Source of the DNA: an uncultured virus (IMG/VR IMGVR_UViG_2061766007_000510)
Lineage: Duplodnaviria > Heunggongvirae > Uroviricota > Caudoviricetes
Direction: 5' to 3' (one strand)
Virus record (IMG/VR): IMGVR_UViG_2061766007_000510
DNA: 18,416 bases
Under the pieces are notes generated by a model. The model searched no databases and was not told where the DNA came from. It saw only the letters and a program-made list of their open reading frames with translations. Below are positions 17,565 through 18,416 of the stretch, one piece after another (within the stretch, counting starts at the first letter, position 1; each line of letters starts with the position of its first letter). Both the position numbers and the translations under genes were made by a program.

Positions 17565-17852
17565 CTACCCGCGGCAGTGAGCCTCGAACAGCGCCTGATG
17601 GCGGGTAGTGGTCTGCGACCACTTGCCGAGATGGCGCACCTGACCGCCCGCGAACACACTGACGACAGTGTGGTAGCTGACGAGGCACACGGTCCCGTTC
17701 GCCAAGTCACGCACCGCCCACGCGGGCGTGCCCTTCTTGAGGCGAGTCGGTTCGCCCCAGACGGGGGTCTTCGGCTCGTTGAGAGCGGAGAGATAGACGC
17801 TGTAATCGTTCGGGTAAAAAGTCACGTTGCGACCCTGACCAAATTCCACCAT
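17565..17852 (-). CDS. Phage-type protein with LxSYxT...WSQTTTRH motif (95 aa)
   Basis: AWAVRDLANGTVCLVSYHTVVSV...HLGKWSQTTTRHQ. Confidence 0.85.
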   Translation of the reverse strand: MVEFGQGRNVTFYPNDYSVYLSALNEPKTPVWGEPTRLKKGTPAWAVRDLANGTVCLVSYHTVVSVFAGGQVRHLGKWSQTTTRHQALFEAHCRG

Positions 17853-18135
17853 AGTAGACCTGCCTTTTTCTAGCGGGTTTCTTGGGCAACCCGCAACCGC
17901 CCGTTTACACTACTAATATACGCCACCCGAGCCCTCCGGCTTGCCCCCCGTCCTATTCCGGTGGTATCACGGGGAACTCCCGGAGGCTGCCACGGTGGTC
18001 CCAGGGGCTGCCGCTGGTACTGACCTTAGTGCTCGCTTGTGCAGTGCTCCCTTGCCCCCCGTCCGCATCCGGTGGAACGCACGGAGACCCCCCGGAGTGC
18101 TCCGGGAGGTTCCGCGTTAGGCAGGTCGGAAAAGC

Positions 18136-18318
18136 CTAGGGCTCGGTCGCCCAATCCATGACAACGAAGGAGAACGCCATAGTAGCAACGCCTCCGGCTC
18201 CGAGAATAATTTTTTCAAGTATGCCGGGAACGCAAAAAACTCCGAAGGCCGACACGAGACCGCAGCCCCCGAGGAAAAATGCGAGAATGAACACGATAGC
18301 ACCGATGAAACTACGCAT
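18136..18318 (-). CDS. Small two-TM membrane protein (60 aa)
   Basis: Hydrophobic throughout; repeat plus family A leader upstream. Confidence 0.75.
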   Translation of the reverse strand: MRSFIGAIVFILAFFLGGCGLVSAFGVFCVPGILEKIILGAGGVATMAFSFVVMDWATEP

Positions 18319-18416
18319 AACTGACCGCCTTTCTCTTGGACGGACGCCCGCCCTACGCCTTCCATATACGCCACCCGAGCCCTCCGGCTTGCCCCCCGTC
18401 CGCCTCCGGTGGGAGC

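Larger units (their letters stand above)
10599..18075 (-). repeat. About 10 half copies keeping only CCACCGG-N4-GGACGGGGGG
   Basis: At about 10599-10631, 12247-12275, 12344-12369, 14753-14776, 15383-15408, 15780-15820, 15892-15913, 16091-16113, 16510-16548 and 18051-18075. Confidence 0.85.
599..18412 (-). repeat. Dispersed 48-bp gene-associated repeat (putative promoter/cassette element), 34 full copies
   Basis: Plus-strand pattern tat(c/a)(c/a)gc(t/c)acc(g/c)g-N6-ccggc(t/g/a)t(g/t)ccccccgtcc-N4-ccggtgg. Copies start at 599, 1013, 1428, 1931, 4009, 4357, 4616, 5632, 6126, 6819, 7246, 8254, 8805, 9455, 10012, 10443, 11031, 11626, 12130, 13082, 13396, 13832, 14195, 14629, 15252, 15664, 16407, 16842, 17273 (gap-truncated), 17508, 17917 and 18365, plus inverted copies at 2411 and 3068. 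All complete copies are 48 bp. Confidence 0.97.

Noticed and set aside
84..18139. Long plus-strand ORFs such as 4774-5799, 6150-7034, 11866-12792 and 12282-13190
   Set aside because: Antisense shadows of GC3-biased minus-strand genes; no RBS, and they cross repeats or gaps. The recurring PPVLxRW and ACPPS peptides are just translations of the repeat.
599..18412. CRISPR array
   Set aside because: Intervals are hundreds of bp, variable and protein-coding; the repeats are degenerate; no cas genes are visible.
599..18412. Classical integron attC cassette array
   Set aside because: No RYYYAAC/GTTRRRY cores and no integrase in the window. Length is fixed, and spacing is tied to the downstream start codon rather than the upstream stop.
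599..18412. REP/BIME or MITE family
   Set aside because: No GTAG/CGTC-led REP hairpin arrangement, target-site duplications or transposase. Strict 5'-of-gene orientation is unlike REPs.
1..18416. Alternative genetic code (TAG read-through)
   Set aside because: TAG codons fall right before repeats or terminators and behave as true stops.

Overview
GC-rich, gapped (N-containing) segment that looks like the early/accessory region of a large phage or other mobile element. No structural, replication or integrase gene is visible, so the element type is inferred. It holds about 38 short, mostly minus-strand, often very acidic ORFs; only SpoVG-like, RadC/JAB, DUF4314-like and lipoprotein genes are recognisable. 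The dominant feature is a 48-bp element (gene-sense example CCACCGGAATAGGACGGGGGGCAAGCCGGAGTGCACCGGTAGCGGATA). I count 34 full copies (one gap-truncated) and about 10 half copies. Each full copy sits in the same orientation just 5' of a gene, giving a one-element-one-gene array. The element is coupled to reusable 5' leader modules (two covarying hairpin families with near-fixed leader lengths) and a repeated 3' GCAA hairpin, and near-identical modules precede unrelated genes. One copy precedes a ~190-nt highly structured non-coding segment ending in a terminator (candidate ncRNA). The best model is a modular, shuffled promoter-cassette array for small host-takeover/anti-defence genes. The SpoVG sequence suggests a Fibrobacter-like host (recollection, unverified).
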